64,000 bases of DNA, taken from assembly GCA_910579545.1 (NCBI GenBank), contig CAJTVI010000001.1, positions 106,360 to 170,359 on the forward strand. The letters run 5' to 3'. Below, piece by piece: positions 21,234 to 32,113 of this stretch. The DNA is from an uncultured Oscillospiraceae bacterium (lineage in GTDB: Bacteria; Bacillota; Clostridia; Oscillospirales; Ruminococcaceae). Numbering within the stretch: position 1 is the first letter of the stretch; each line of letters starts with the position of its first letter. The notes beneath the pieces were generated by a model. It did no database searches, was not told the origin of the DNA, and saw nothing but the letters and a program-made list of their open reading frames with translations. The position numbers and the translations under genes are program-made.

Positions 21234-22033
21234 GGCTGCTCCTCCTTGATCTGTTGTTGGATCGACTGGATGGCCTGCATCGCCTCTTGCAGCTGCTGCG
21301 GCTGGCCAAAGTCGTCCCGGTAAAGCTCGATCACAGCGCTGCCCGCAAAGCCCCCGGCATACAGGGTGCGCAGCAGGCGTGCAAAATCAAAGCTGCCCTC
21401 GCCGGGCGGGATGCAGTCCCGGCCGGGCGCCTCGTCGCTCAGGTGCAGGTGGCAGATATTCTCCGGGCCCATGGCCGCGGCCACCTCGTAAATGTCCGCC
21501 CCGGCCCGGCGGGCCTGCTTGAGGTCCAGCACAAACCTGAGCGGCCGGCTGGCGTACCGGCGCAGCGCGCGCAGCGCCTCGGGCTGGCCGCACTGGCAGC
21601 GCTCCACATTCTCGTGCGCCACCGTAACGCCGTACCGCTCCCCCTCCTCGCACAGGCGGCAAAACCGCGCGGCGTATTCCTGCATGGGCAGCGGGCGGGC
21701 CTTGTGGTTGCCGTGAAAGACCAGGATCTTCGCGCCCAGCGCCCGGCAGGCCTCAAAATACCGGCGGTAGAGCAAAAGGCCGTCCTCAAAGCGGGTGTCG
21801 TAGGCGGTAAAAAACAGGAACGGCTCCAGCCCGCAGGTAAACGGATGCACCGACACCACCGGCACACCGGCCTTTTGCCGGGCGCGGCAGAGGGCCTCGA
21901 GATAGGGCGGATCCCACTCGCGGAAGGTATTTAAAAAAACCTCGATACAGCCCGGGCGCAAAGCAAGGGTGCGTTCCAGGCTTTCAAGGGTGTCCTGCGG
22001 GTAAAAGCAGGCTGTGGAAATGCCGCACTGCAT
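21230..22033 (-). CDS. Sugar phosphate isomerase/epimerase (xylose-isomerase-like TIM barrel)
   Basis: The internal ATG at 22033 gives '[10 protein letters not shown]...'. It carries 'HENV' and 'HLHLSD' metal-ligand motifs. Its stop overlaps the nrdR start (ATGA). Confidence 0.75.
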   Translation of the reverse strand: MQCGISTACFYPQDTLESLERTLALRPGCIEVFLNTFREWDPPYLEALCRARQKAGVPVVSVHPFTCGLEPFLFFTAYDTRFEDGLLLYRRYFEACRALGAKILVFHGNHKARPLPMQEYAARFCRLCEEGERYGVTVAHENVERCQCGQPEALRALRRYASRPLRFVLDLKQARRAGADIYEVAAAMGPENICHLHLSDEAPGRDCIPPGEGSFDFARLLRTLYAGGFAGSAVIELYRDDFGQPQQLQEAMQAIQSIQQQIKEEQP

Positions 22034-22129
22034 CGCGTAAATCCCCCTTTCCCGGGCCTTTTGCGCCGGCCGCCAGGCCGTATCCGGCAAGGGGCGCGTC
22101 CGGCCGCCCCTTGCCGCGGGATGTAAATG

Positions 22130-22181
22130 AAAAAGCAAAAGCGGCAGGGGCCGCGGCGGCATCCGCCGCTGTACCCCTGCC
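22130..22181 (-). terminator. Intrinsic terminator downstream of secDF
   Basis: On the minus strand: GGCAGGGG...CCCCTGCC stem followed by GCTTTTGCTTTTT. Confidence 0.6.
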
Positions 22182-22192
22182 TTTTTGCCGTG

Positions 22193-24526
22193 TTACCGGG
22201 CCTTTTTTGGTTTGCGGCCCTCCCAGCAGACCCACAGGGAGGTGGTGACGCACAGCGAGGTGTACACACCCGAAATCATGCCCACCATCAGCGGCAGGGC
22301 AAAGGTAAAGATGCTGTCCAGCCCAAACAGCGCCGCCACCACACAGATAGTGCACAGGGCCAGGCAGGTGGTGACCGTGGTGTTGATCGAGCGGCGCAGG
22401 CTCTGGTTGACGCTCAGGTTTACCAGCTGCTCAAAGGGCATACGGCTGCCAAAGAGGCCGCGGTTTTCGCGGATGCGGTCGTACATGACCACCGTGTCGT
22501 TGATGGAATAGCCCAAAATGGTCAGCATGGCCGCGATAAAGTTGCCGTTGAGCGGGATGCGCAGCAGCACAAACACGCCAAACACAACGATAAGGTCGTT
22601 GATCAGGGCGATCACCGCCATAACGCCCGCCGGCAGGCCGCCGATCTTCCTGAAACGGATGGCGATATAAATCAAGATCAGCACAATGGCGGCCAGCACC
22701 GCAACCAAGCTCTTGGCCAAAAACTCCTTGCCGATGGTGGGGTTGACGTTGCTCATGGAAAGCTGCTCAAACCCATTTTCCGGGCACTTTTCCTCAAGGC
22801 TGGCCATCAGAGCGGCAAGCTCGGCGGTGTCCACCGTATCCGCGCCGGGCATGGTGATGGTGAGCGAATGCTCGCCAGTGGCCGCGTTTTCGCCGGTTTG
22901 CAGCGAAACACCGCCGCCCAGCGCCTGTTCGGCCACCGCCTGCACGCCGGGCAGATCCAGCTCGCCCTCGTAGCCCAGGGTGATCATGGCGCCGCCCTTA
23001 AACTGGATGTCCATCGAAACGCCCAGGGCAAGGCTGCACACCAGCACCAGCGCCAGGATCCCGCCGGAGATGCCCAAAAAGAGTTTGCGTTTGGCAATGA
23101 TGCCATATTTGGCGTTTTGCCCGGCATTTCCGCCGCTTGCCGCCTCGCCCTTGGGCGCGCCGTACAGCCAGGGCGCGCGCAGCGCCTTGATGCGGGAAGC
23201 GCCCCGGATCATCAGCCGGGTGCAGAGCACCCCAAACAGGAAGTTGAGCAGCACGCCCACCAAAAGGGTGTAGCCGAAGGAATAGATGGTGCCGGCGGTA
23301 GAGGGCCCAAACCAGCGGAAGATCAGGCTGAACAGCTTGGCAAAGGGGCCGTCGGTGGGGCCAAAGGCACCCATGAGCACCGCCGCCACGATCACCACGG
23401 TGACGTTGCCGTCCACAATGGGGGCCAGCCCGCGCGAAAAGCCCGCGCTGAGCGCGCCGTCCAGCGTTTTGCCGGCCTTGAGTTCCTCTTTGATGCGTTC
23501 AGCCGTGATCACGTTGGCATCCACACCCATGCCGATGGCCAGGATGATGCCCGCGATGCCGGGCAGGGTGAGGGTAAAGCTGTTAAAGGCGGGCAGGTAG
23601 CCGGATACCGCCGCAAGGGTGGCCGCCACCTGGCCCAGCAGGGCCACGCAGGCCAGCAGGCCGGGCAGCCGGTAAAAGGCCACCATATACACCAGCACCA
23701 GCAAAAAGGCGATGACGCCGGCCAGCACCATGGCCTCGAGGCTGCGCGCGCCAAGGCTGGGGCTGATGGTGCTGTAGCTCTCGGCCGAAAGCGCAAAGGG
23801 AAGCGCGCCGGAGTTGATCTGGTTGGCCAGCGAGATCACGCTCTCCCGCGTAAAGTTGCCGCTGATCACCGCCTCGCCGTCGGTAATGGCGTCGTTTACG
23901 GTGGCGGTGCTGATGCAGGCGTCGTCCAGCCAGATGCTGATATACCCGCGGGAGGCCGCCAGTTCGGTGGTGGCGTCCGCAAAGGCCTGCTTGCCGCTGT
24001 CCTCAAAGCGCAGCGCCACATAATACTCGTTTGCGCCGGTGGCGCTGAGTTGGCCGTACTGGGGGCTGGCCGATGCAACGTCCGAGCCGTCCAGGATCAG
24101 TTCGCCGTCCGCGGCGCTGCCCTTGCGGAAGGTCATATAGGCGGTGGTGCCGATCTCCCGGATCGCCGCCTCAGGGTTAAACTCGCTCTCCCCCTCTTTC
24201 CAGGGGAAACGCACGATGATGCGGTCTTTATCATAATCGATATAGACCTCGCTGTCGGTGATGTTCAGGTTGACCAGTCGCTGCTGGATCACCGTTTCGG
24301 CCGCATCCATCTGCTCGCGGGTGGCATCGTAGCCGCCCGCCGGCATAAAGGTCACGTCCACGCCGCCCCGGATGTCGATGCCGAAGCGGATGTCCTGCGC
24401 ACCCTTGATCCAGGTGGTGGTGGTGTCGCCGTACTGGGAGTACACGCCAAAAAAGGCGGTGTACGCAAATACGGCGATGAGCAGCACCAGTACGACCAGG
24501 TGCCAGGCTCTGCCTTTTTTCTTCAT
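22193..24526 (-). CDS. secDF: Fused protein-export membrane protein SecDF
   Basis: About 777 aa starting at the ATG at 24526 (GGAGG 7 nt upstream). It has two 6-TM SecD/SecF halves, each with a periplasmic domain. Confidence 0.95.
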   Translation of the reverse strand: MKKKGRAWHLVVLVLLIAVFAYTAFFGVYSQYGDTTTTWIKGAQDIRFGIDIRGGVDVTFMPAGGYDATREQMDAAETVIQQRLVNLNITDSEVYIDYDKDRIIVRFPWKEGESEFNPEAAIREIGTTAYMTFRKGSAADGELILDGSDVASASPQYGQLSATGANEYYVALRFEDSGKQAFADATTELAASRGYISIWLDDACISTATVNDAITDGEAVISGNFTRESVISLANQINSGALPFALSAESYSTISPSLGARSLEAMVLAGVIAFLLVLVYMVAFYRLPGLLACVALLGQVAATLAAVSGYLPAFNSFTLTLPGIAGIILAIGMGVDANVITAERIKEELKAGKTLDGALSAGFSRGLAPIVDGNVTVVIVAAVLMGAFGPTDGPFAKLFSLIFRWFGPSTAGTIYSFGYTLLVGVLLNFLFGVLCTRLMIRGASRIKALRAPWLYGAPKGEAASGGNAGQNAKYGIIAKRKLFLGISGGILALVLVCSLALGVSMDIQFKGGAMITLGYEGELDLPGVQAVAEQALGGGVSLQTGENAATGEHSLTITMPGADTVDTAELAALMASLEEKCPENGFEQLSMSNVNPTIGKEFLAKSLVAVLAAIVLILIYIAIRFRKIGGLPAGVMAVIALINDLIVVFGVFVLLRIPLNGNFIAAMLTILGYSINDTVVMYDRIRENRGLFGSRMPFEQLVNLSVNQSLRRSINTTVTTCLALCTICVVAALFGLDSIFTFALPLMVGMISGVYTSLCVTTSLWVCWEGRKPKKAR

Positions 24527-24671
24527 CTTGGAACCTCCAAACCACACCCGTTCCGCCCTTTGAAGGGCAGGGCCGGGCGGTTCTTTTTTATTTCACGCCC
24601 CCGCACGGCCCGGCGCAGCCGGGCCGGCAAAGGGCCTTGAAGCGTAGTTTTGCAAACGCGCGGCGCCGCAC

Positions 24672-25952
24672 TCAGGCGGCCTTTTTGAGCAGCAGCTCCA
24701 CCGTGGCCAGCCGGGCCGAGATGCACAGCAGCTTTGCCGCGGTGCCAAGCTCCTCAAGGCTGGGGTAGGTGGGAGCGATGCGCAGATGGCGGTCCTGCGG
24801 GTCCAGCCCATAGGGGTAGGCCGCGCCCGCGCTGGTAAGCACCACCCCGCACTCTGCGCACAGCTGCACCGTGCGCTTGGCGCAGCCGTCCTGCAAATAC
24901 AGGCTGATAAAATACCCGCCCTTGGGGTCGGTCCAGCGGGCGATGGGCCCGCAGCCGGCAAACCCGGCCGCAAAGGTATCCTTGACCAGCTGGAACTTGG
25001 GCTCCAGGATAGCCCGGTGCTTTTTCATGTGGGCCAGCACACCGGCCTTGTTTTTGAGAAACTGCACATGCCGCAGCTGGTTCATCTTATCGTAGCTGAT
25101 GAGCATCGGGGTCATGTTTTTGGTGATATAGCGCACATTGTGTTCGCTTGCACCCACCGCGGCCACCCCCGCGCCGGGATAGGTGATCTTGCTGGTGGAG
25201 CAGAACATGACCGGGCGGTCCGGGCAGCCGGCCTGCTTGCACTCTTCCAGAATATTGGCGGCTTCCAAGATCTCGTCGGTAAGGTGGTGCACGCAGTAGG
25301 CGTCGTCCCACATGATCTTAAAGTCCGGCGCGGCGGTCTGCATCCGGGCCAAGCGGCGCACCGTCTCGTCGCTGTAAACCACCCCGTCCGGGTTGGAGTA
25401 GACCGGCACGCACCAGATGCCCTTGATGGTCTCGTCCTCCCGCACTAATCTTTCCACCAGGTCCATGTCCGGGCCGTTTTCGTCCATGGGGATGGACAGC
25501 ATCTGGAAGCCAAAATACTCGGTGACCCGGAAATGCCGGTCGTACCCCGGCACCGGGCACAAAAACTTGATATTGTTGCAAAAGCGCCAGGGGCGCACGC
25601 TGTCGGCCCAGCCGGCCCGCCAGCCAAGGTCGATGAGGTAGTACATCATCGAAAGGGAGGAGTTGCCGCAAACGATCACCTCGCCGGCATCCAGCCCAAA
25701 CAGCTCGGCAAAAAAGCGGCGCGCCTCGGGCATGCCCTCCAAAAGGCCGTAGTTACGGGCGTCCACCCCGTTTTCGCCAATATAATCCTCCATGCGCAGC
25801 ATCTCCATCGAGAGGTCCAGCTGCTGCGGGCAAGGCTTGCCGCGGGACATATCCAGCCTGAGCCCCATGGCCTTGTAGCGGCCATACTCGGCCAGCAGCG
25901 CCTGCTGCTCCTGCTCAAGGGCCGCCTTGTCCATACGCAGATAATCCGTCAT
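24672..25952 (-). CDS. PLP-dependent aminotransferase (class I/II fold)
   Basis: 426-aa ORF with 'MSRGKP...QLDLS', 'NPDG' and 'STSKITYPGAG' (the PLP-binding Lys region). Confidence 0.8.
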   Translation of the reverse strand: MTDYLRMDKAALEQEQQALLAEYGRYKAMGLRLDMSRGKPCPQQLDLSMEMLRMEDYIGENGVDARNYGLLEGMPEARRFFAELFGLDAGEVIVCGNSSLSMMYYLIDLGWRAGWADSVRPWRFCNNIKFLCPVPGYDRHFRVTEYFGFQMLSIPMDENGPDMDLVERLVREDETIKGIWCVPVYSNPDGVVYSDETVRRLARMQTAAPDFKIMWDDAYCVHHLTDEILEAANILEECKQAGCPDRPVMFCSTSKITYPGAGVAAVGASEHNVRYITKNMTPMLISYDKMNQLRHVQFLKNKAGVLAHMKKHRAILEPKFQLVKDTFAAGFAGCGPIARWTDPKGGYFISLYLQDGCAKRTVQLCAECGVVLTSAGAAYPYGLDPQDRHLRIAPTYPSLEELGTAAKLLCISARLATVELLLKKAA

Positions 25953-26107
25953 CCGTGTGTTCCCTCTTTCCCCTCTTTTATCTTCCCACTCTATGCATCG
26001 GTACGCCGCCGTGCGCTTTGCCCCGGCCCCTCTTTTGCCGGCAGGCGCCGCTTTGGCGGGGCGGCTTTGTTTTCTTATGGAACCGCCGCCAATGGGCGTA
26101 CTCGTTT

Positions 26108-26136
26108 ATTATAGTATAAAGCGCTTTTGGAAACAA
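26108..26136 (-). promoter_or_regulatory. Sigma-A-type promoter of the aminotransferase gene
   Basis: On the minus strand: TTGTTT, 17-nt spacer, TATAAT, about 150 nt upstream of the ATG. Confidence 0.55.
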
Positions 26137-26175
26137 GACTTCCCCCGCCAAAAATTCCCTATTTTTTCGCGCAAA

Positions 26176-26212
26176 CAGCGGTGCGCACGGCAAATTGCCG
26201 TGCGCACCGCTG
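26176..26212 (-). terminator. Terminator hairpin downstream of uvrA
   Basis: Perfect palindrome of 37 nt with no spacer, CAGCGGTGCGCACGGCAA/TTGCCGTGCGCACCGCTG. On the minus strand it is followed by TTTGCGCGAAAAAAT, a weak U tract. Confidence 0.55.
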
Positions 26213-26258
26213 GCTGTTCCATTGCCAAAGGGCAAAGCGCGGGGCTGCCCCTCCCCTT

Positions 26259-29159
26259 TTACCCTTTGTCGGCGGGCAGTTTTTTGGGCCGGCCCCGGCG
26301 GGGCTTTGGCGGCTGCCCCGGCGCGGGCGCGGCGTCCCTTTTGAGCACCGGGGCAAGGTACTGCCCGGTGTAGGAGGCCGGGTTCTGGGCTACCTCCTCA
26401 GGGGTGCCCTCGGCGATCACCCGCCCGCCGGCCGCGCCGCCCTCGGGGCCAAGGTCGATGATGTGGTCGGCCCGCTTGATGATGTCGAGGTTGTGCTCGA
26501 TCACCACCACCGTGTTGCCCGAATCCACCAGCTTGTCCAGCACCTGGATCAGCCGGTGTACGTCGGCCACATGCAGGCCGGTGGTGGGCTCGTCCAGGAT
26601 ATACACGGTCTGGCCGGTCTCGCGCCGGGCCAGCTCCAGCGCCAGCTTGACCCGCTGCGCCTCACCGCCCGAGAGGGTAGTGGCGCTCTGCCCCAGCTGA
26701 ATGTAGCCAAGGCCCACGTCCAAAAGGGTCTGCAGCTTGCGCTGGATGCGCGGGATGTTGGCAAAAAAGGTGCAGGCCTCCTCCACCGTCATGTTCAATA
26801 CGTCCGAGATGGTCTTTTCCTTATACTTTACCTCCAGGGTCTCGCGGTTGTAGCGCGCCCCCTTGCACACCTCGCAGGGCACAAAGATGTCCGGCAGAAA
26901 GTGCATCTCGATCTGCACGATGCCGTCGCCCTCGCAGGCCTCGCACCGGCCGCCCTTTACATTAAAGCTGAACCGTCCCGGCCCATAGCCGCGGATCTTG
27001 GCGTCCTGGGTTTGGGCAAATACATTGCGGATGTCGGTAAAAACGCCGGTGTAGGTGGCGGGGTTGGAGCGCGGGGTGCGCCCGATGGGGGCCTGGTCGA
27101 TGCCAATGACCTTGTCCACATATTCCAGCCCGTCGATCCGCTCAAACTTGCCGGGCCGGCGCTTGGCCCCATTGAGTTCCATGGCCAGCGCCTTGTACAA
27201 AATTTCGTTGATCAGGCTGGATTTGCCGCTGCCGGATACCCCGGTCACACAGACCAGCTTGCCCAGCGGGATGCTGACCCGGACGTTTTGCAGGTTGTTT
27301 TCGGCCGCGCCCACAATGGTCAGCCGTTTGCCGGTGCCCTTGCGGCGCAAGGCGGGCACCTCGATGCGCTTTTTGCCCGAGAGGTACTGCCCGGTGATGC
27401 TGCGCGGCTCGGCGCAGAGGTCCTCCACGCTGCCCGCGGCCACCACCTCACCGCCGTGCACCCCCGCGCCGGGGCCGATGTCCACAATATAATCGGCCTG
27501 GCGCATGGTGTCCTCGTCGTGCTCCACCACCACAAGGGTATTGCCCAGGTCCCGCAGCCGCTTGAGGGTTGCGATCAGCTTATCGTTGTCCCGCTGGTGC
27601 AGGCCGATGCTGGGCTCGTCCAGCACATACAACACGCCGGTGAGCGCGCTGCCGATCTGGGTGGCCAGCCGGATGCGCTGGCTCTCCCCGCCCGACAGGC
27701 CGGCCGCCCCGCGCGAGAGGGTGAGGTAGTCCAGCCCGACGCTCTGCAAAAAGCCCAGCCGCTCCCGCACCTCCTTGAGCACCCCATCGCCGATCAGGTG
27801 CTCGCGGTCGGTCAGCTGCATGCTGTTTACAAACTCCAGCTCCTCCCGCACGCTCATGGCGCAGAATTCGCTGATGTTTTTGCCCGCCACCGTTACCCCA
27901 AGGCTGGCGGCCTTGAGCCGGCGGCCGTGGCAGCTGGGGCACTCCACCCCGTTCATCACGGTGGCGATCTCCTCTTTCATCCACTCGCTGCTGGTCTCGC
28001 GGAACCGCCGCTCCAGATTGTTGACGATGCCCTCAAAATCGTTGAGGTACCGCCCCGAGCCAAACTCGTTTTCGCGGTGCATCTCGATCCGCTCGCCCTT
28101 GGTGCCAAACAGGATAGCGTCCACCGCCTCCCGGCTCATATCCTTCACGGGGGTGTCCAGTGTAAAGCCATACCGCTTGCCAAGGCCCTCGTAGTACATC
28201 TCGCTCATCGAGCCCTCGGCGTAGTACCAGCCGCTGGCCTTGATGGCCCCCTGCCGGATCGAGAGTTTTTTGTTGGGGATGATGAGGTCGGGATCCACCT
28301 TCATAAAGGTGCCAAGGCCGGTGCAGGTTTCGCAGGCGCCAAAGGGGTTGTTGAAGCTGAACATCCGGGGGGCCAACTCGTCGATCGAAACGCCGTGCTC
28401 GGGGCAGGCGTAGCTCTGGCTGAACTGCAGCTCCCTGCCGCCGATCACGTCGATGCTCACAAGGCCGTCGGTCAGGCCAAGGGCGGTCTCTAAGCTGTCG
28501 GCCAGGCGGCTGCGGATGCCCTCGTGCAGGGCCAGCCGGTCCACCACGATCTCCACCGTGTGCTTTTTGTTTTTTTCCAGGCTGATCTCCTCGTCCAGTT
28601 CGTAAAGGCTGCCGTCCACCCGCACCCGGGCAAAGCCGCCGCGGCGGGCGGCGTCCAGCTCCTTTTGCTGGGTGCCCTTGCGCCCGCGCACCACCGGGGC
28701 CAGCACCTGGAAGCGGGTGCCCTCGGGCAGTTCCAAAATGGCGTCCACCATCTGGTCCACCGTCTGCTGCTGGATCACCCGGCCGCAGACCGGGCAGTGC
28801 GGGATGCCGATGCGCGCGTACAAAAGGCGCAGGTAATCGTAAATTTCGGTCACGGTGCCCACGGTGGAGCGGGGGTTGCGGCTGGTGGTTTTTTGGTCGA
28901 TCGAGATGGCCGGCGACAGGCCGGTGATCTCGTCCACGTCCGGCTTTTCCATCTGGCCCAAAAACATCCGGGCATAGCTGGAAAGGCTCTCCATATAGCG
29001 GCGCTGGCCGTCGGCGTAAATGGTGTCAAACGCGAGGCTGGATTTGCCCGAACCGGACAGGCCGGTCATCACCACCAGCTTGTCGCGCGGGATGGACAGG
29101 CTGATGTTTTTGAGGTTGTGCTCCCGCGCGCCCTTGATTACAATTTTATCGTTGCCCAA
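26259..29159 (-). CDS. uvrA: Excinuclease ABC subunit A
   Basis: 966-aa ORF with '[14 protein letters not shown]', two ABC ATPase modules and Zn fingers. The first codon is TTG. Confidence 0.98.
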   Translation of the reverse strand: MGNDKIVIKGAREHNLKNISLSIPRDKLVVMTGLSGSGKSSLAFDTIYADGQRRYMESLSSYARMFLGQMEKPDVDEITGLSPAISIDQKTTSRNPRSTVGTVTEIYDYLRLLYARIGIPHCPVCGRVIQQQTVDQMVDAILELPEGTRFQVLAPVVRGRKGTQQKELDAARRGGFARVRVDGSLYELDEEISLEKNKKHTVEIVVDRLALHEGIRSRLADSLETALGLTDGLVSIDVIGGRELQFSQSYACPEHGVSIDELAPRMFSFNNPFGACETCTGLGTFMKVDPDLIIPNKKLSIRQGAIKASGWYYAEGSMSEMYYEGLGKRYGFTLDTPVKDMSREAVDAILFGTKGERIEMHRENEFGSGRYLNDFEGIVNNLERRFRETSSEWMKEEIATVMNGVECPSCHGRRLKAASLGVTVAGKNISEFCAMSVREELEFVNSMQLTDREHLIGDGVLKEVRERLGFLQSVGLDYLTLSRGAAGLSGGESQRIRLATQIGSALTGVLYVLDEPSIGLHQRDNDKLIATLKRLRDLGNTLVVVEHDEDTMRQADYIVDIGPGAGVHGGEVVAAGSVEDLCAEPRSITGQYLSGKKRIEVPALRRKGTGKRLTIVGAAENNLQNVRVSIPLGKLVCVTGVSGSGKSSLINEILYKALAMELNGAKRRPGKFERIDGLEYVDKVIGIDQAPIGRTPRSNPATYTGVFTDIRNVFAQTQDAKIRGYGPGRFSFNVKGGRCEACEGDGIVQIEMHFLPDIFVPCEVCKGARYNRETLEVKYKEKTISDVLNMTVEEACTFFANIPRIQRKLQTLLDVGLGYIQLGQSATTLSGGEAQRVKLALELARRETGQTVYILDEPTTGLHVADVHRLIQVLDKLVDSGNTVVVIEHNLDIIKRADHIIDLGPEGGAAGGRVIAEGTPEEVAQNPASYTGQYLAPVLKRDAAPAPGQPPKPRRGRPKKLPADKG

Positions 29160-29216
29160 AGTGTATACGTCCCTTTCCCTCTTGATTGCCGCCGCCCCTT
29201 AAGGGGTATGGCGGGT

Positions 29217-31232
29217 TCAGTGCCGCCCCCGCCGTTTTTTGGGCGCGGGGGTGTCCTCGCTGGGGTTTTCGCCCCGGCGCAGCTTGTCGATACGGTCCCG
29301 CAAAAAGGCCGCGTGCTCAAACTCTAAGAGCTTTGCCGCCTCCTTCATCTCCCGGGTCAGCCGGGTGATCAGCTGCTCCCGCTCGGCCTTGCCCATCCGG
29401 CGGGTGCCAAGCTTCTGGTTTTCCTTGCGGTCGCTGATCTCGATGCCCTCGCGGATGCTCTTGACGATGGTGGTGGGGGTGATGCCGTGGGCCGCGTTGT
29501 AGGCCATCTGGATGCCGCGGCGGCGCTCGGTCTCGGTGATGGCCCGCTCCATGCTGGGGGTCACCTCGTCCGCGTACATCACCACCACCCCCTCGGCGTT
29601 GCGGGCCGCCCGGCCGATGGTCTGGATCAGGCTGGTCTCGCTGCGCAGAAAGCCCTCCTTGTCCGCATCGAGGATCGCCACCAGCGAGACCTCGGGCAGG
29701 TCCAGGCCCTCCCGCAGCAGGTTGATGCCCACGATCACGTCAATGGCGCCGCTGCGCAGGTCCTTGATCAGCTCCATCCGCTCAAAGGTATCCACCTCAT
29801 GGTGCATATACTTGACCTTGACCCCATGCTCGGTGAGGAAATCGGTGAGGTCCTCGGCCATCTTTTTGGTCAGGGTGGTCACCAGCACCCGCTCGTTTTT
29901 GGCGGCCCGCAGGTTGATCTCGCCCAAAAGGTCCTCGATCTGCCCCTCCACCGGTTTTACCACGATCTGCGGGTCCAGAAGGCCGGTGGGCCGGATGACC
30001 TGCTCGGCAACGCGGGTGCTCTCGGCCCGCTCGTACTCGCCCGGGGTGGCGCTGACAAACACGATCTGGTTCAGCTTTTGCAGCGCCTCCTCAAACCGCA
30101 GGGGGCGGTTGTCAAAGGCGGAGGGCAGCCGGAAGCCAAAATCCACCAGGGTGCGCTTGCGGGCATAGTCGCCCCCATACATGGCCCGCAGCTGGGGCAG
30201 CATCACATGGCTCTCGTCCACAAACAAAAGAAAATCCTTTGGGAAGTAATCCAAAAGGGTGGTGGGGGTGGAGCCGGGCGCGCGGCCCGAGAGCACCGCC
30301 GAATAGTTCTCGATGCCCTTGCAGACCCCCACCTCCCCCAGCATTTCCATGTCGTAGTTGGTGCGCTGGGCAATGCGCTGGGCCTCCAGCAGCTTGCCCT
30401 CGGCTGTAAAGGCTTTTACCCTTTCATCCAGTTCCTGCCGGATGCGGGCAAGGCCGGCCTGCATCTTTTCGGGCGAAACGATGTAGTGGCTGGCCGGGAA
30501 GATGGCCACATGCCTCACCACGTTTTTGCGCTCGCCGGTGAGGGGGTTTGTCTCGGTGATGCGGTCCACCTCGTCGCCAAAAAACTCCACCCGGATGGCA
30601 ACGTCGCTCATATAGGCCAGGTTGATCTCGACCACGTCCCCCCGCACCCGGAACTTGTTGCGCACAAAGTTGACGTCGTTGCGCTCGTACTGCAGCCGCA
30701 CCAGCCGTTTGCACAGCTCCTCCCGGCTCAGCTGCATGCCCGGCCGCAGGCTGATGACCATGCTGCGGTAGTCGATGGGGTCGCCCAGGCTGTAAATGCA
30801 GGAAACACTGGCCACAATGATGACGTCCCGCCGCTCGGACAAGGCCGCCGTGGCCGAGTGGCGCAGCCGGTCGATCTCCTCGTTGATGGCGCTGTCCTTT
30901 TCGATATAGGTATCGGTGGAGGGGATGTATGCCTCGGGCTGGTAATAGTCGTAATAGCTTACAAAATACTCCACCGCGTTTTCGGGAAAAAACTCCCGGA
31001 ACTCGGTGCACAGCTGGGCGGCAAGGGTCTTGTTGTGGGCCAGGACCAGGGTGGGGCGATTGACCCGGGCGATCACGTTTGCCATGGTAAAGGTTTTGCC
31101 GCTGCCGGTCACCCCCAAAAGGGTTTGGGCGCGGTCCCCCGCCAGGACGCCCTGCACCAGCTGGTCGATGGCCTGGGGCTGGTCGCCGGTAGGCTGGTAG
31201 GGGGATACCAGCTTAAAGGTGCCTTCATTCAT
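29217..31232 (-). CDS. uvrB: Excinuclease ABC subunit B
   Basis: 671-aa ORF with '[10 protein letters not shown]' and helicase motifs. The C-terminal UVR domain is '[12 protein letters not shown]'. Confidence 0.98.
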   Translation of the reverse strand: MNEGTFKLVSPYQPTGDQPQAIDQLVQGVLAGDRAQTLLGVTGSGKTFTMANVIARVNRPTLVLAHNKTLAAQLCTEFREFFPENAVEYFVSYYDYYQPEAYIPSTDTYIEKDSAINEEIDRLRHSATAALSERRDVIIVASVSCIYSLGDPIDYRSMVISLRPGMQLSREELCKRLVRLQYERNDVNFVRNKFRVRGDVVEINLAYMSDVAIRVEFFGDEVDRITETNPLTGERKNVVRHVAIFPASHYIVSPEKMQAGLARIRQELDERVKAFTAEGKLLEAQRIAQRTNYDMEMLGEVGVCKGIENYSAVLSGRAPGSTPTTLLDYFPKDFLLFVDESHVMLPQLRAMYGGDYARKRTLVDFGFRLPSAFDNRPLRFEEALQKLNQIVFVSATPGEYERAESTRVAEQVIRPTGLLDPQIVVKPVEGQIEDLLGEINLRAAKNERVLVTTLTKKMAEDLTDFLTEHGVKVKYMHHEVDTFERMELIKDLRSGAIDVIVGINLLREGLDLPEVSLVAILDADKEGFLRSETSLIQTIGRAARNAEGVVVMYADEVTPSMERAITETERRRGIQMAYNAAHGITPTTIVKSIREGIEISDRKENQKLGTRRMGKAEREQLITRLTREMKEAAKLLEFEHAAFLRDRIDKLRRGENPSEDTPAPKKRRGRH

Positions 31233-31965
31233 GGATATAGCAAACCTCCCCTGTAACCGGGTTATACCGGGGCAGGTTGCCCCGCTGTTTCATGGAGCAG
31301 ACCCCATCCGGCGTAACGATGTAATGGTCCAGTACAAAGATGTTCAGCGGCCGCAAAGCCTGCATGATCTGGGCGGTGGCGGCAATGTCCCCGGCCGAGG
31401 GCGCCGCAAACCCGGTGGGATGGTTGTGGGCCAGCATTACCCCGGTGGCGCTGGCGCTTACCGCCTCGGCGGCGATCCGGCTTACAGATGCGCCCACCGC
31501 GTTGGCGACCCCCTCGCTGATCTTGACCCTGCGCAGGATGCGCAGCCGGTCGTCCAGGGCGATCAGCCAAAAGCTCTCGCTGCTCTGGCCGTAAAACAGG
31601 GCCGAAAAATAGGCCTCCTTCTCCGGCCCGGTGCGCAAAAAGCGGATGTTGCTGGTTTTGCACTGGGCGTAGTACTGCCCAACGCCCAGCAGCGTGTGGA
31701 TCAGCCGGGCGCTGGTGGGGCCGATGCCCGGCACCTCCAGCAGCTCCTCTTCGCTCGCCTCCAGCACCTGCGCAAACCCGCCAAACCGCTCGATCAGAGC
31801 GTGGGCAATGGGGTTGGTATCCCGGCGCGGCACCGCAAAATACAGGATGTATTCCAGCACTTCGTGCTCCGAAAAGCCCTCAAAGCCGGTTTTTTCCACC
31901 CTGCGGTGCATCCTTTGCCGGTGTTTTTCGTGCTGGGTACCGCCGGCCTGCGCGCCCCCTGCCAT
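31225..31965 (-). CDS. radC: RadC-family JAB/MPN-domain protein
   Basis: The ATG at 31965 has a GAAGGAGAGG ribosome-binding site. It carries an HhH region ('[12 protein letters not shown]') and the JAMM motif '[12 protein letters not shown]'. Its stop overlaps the uvrB start by 8 nt. Confidence 0.85.
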   Translation of the reverse strand: MAGGAQAGGTQHEKHRQRMHRRVEKTGFEGFSEHEVLEYILYFAVPRRDTNPIAHALIERFGGFAQVLEASEEELLEVPGIGPTSARLIHTLLGVGQYYAQCKTSNIRFLRTGPEKEAYFSALFYGQSSESFWLIALDDRLRILRRVKISEGVANAVGASVSRIAAEAVSASATGVMLAHNHPTGFAAPSAGDIAATAQIMQALRPLNIFVLDHYIVTPDGVCSMKQRGNLPRYNPVTGEVCYIHE

Positions 31966-32044
31966 GCCGTCCTCTCCTTCCCATGGACAAGGGGGGCCGG
32001 CCGCGCAAAAGAGGGATTTTGTGCCTTGCAGCGCCGGGCCGCCC

Positions 32045-32072
32045 TTGCCTTTTTTTGCAGTCCTATTATAAT
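32045..32072 (+). promoter_or_regulatory. Sigma-A-type promoter of the pseudouridine synthase gene
   Basis: TTGCCT, 16-nt spacer, TATAAT (32067-32072). Confidence 0.55.
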
Positions 32073-32092
32073 ACAAATTAACAGGATTGCAA
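32065..32092 (-). promoter_or_regulatory. Sigma-A-type promoter of radC-uvrBA
   Basis: On the minus strand: TTGCAA (32092-32087), 16-nt spacer, TATAAT (32070-32065). This -10 element overlaps the plus-strand -10 element. Confidence 0.5.
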
Positions 32093-32113
32093 AGATGGGA
32101 GGGAAAACCCGCC

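Noticed and set aside
24553-24592. Hairpin plus T-run that looks like a plus-strand terminator between secDF and the aminotransferase gene.
   Set aside because: Both flanking genes are on the minus strand. The stem is short (GCCCTT/AAGGGC) and is separated from the T-run by 14 nt. It was not called as a terminator.
31233-32086. LexA/Cheo-type SOS box (GAAC-N4-GTTC) upstream of uvrB or radC.
   Set aside because: Visual scanning of the radC 3' end and the radC-rluA intergenic region found no such inverted repeat. A position weight matrix scan would be needed for a definitive answer.
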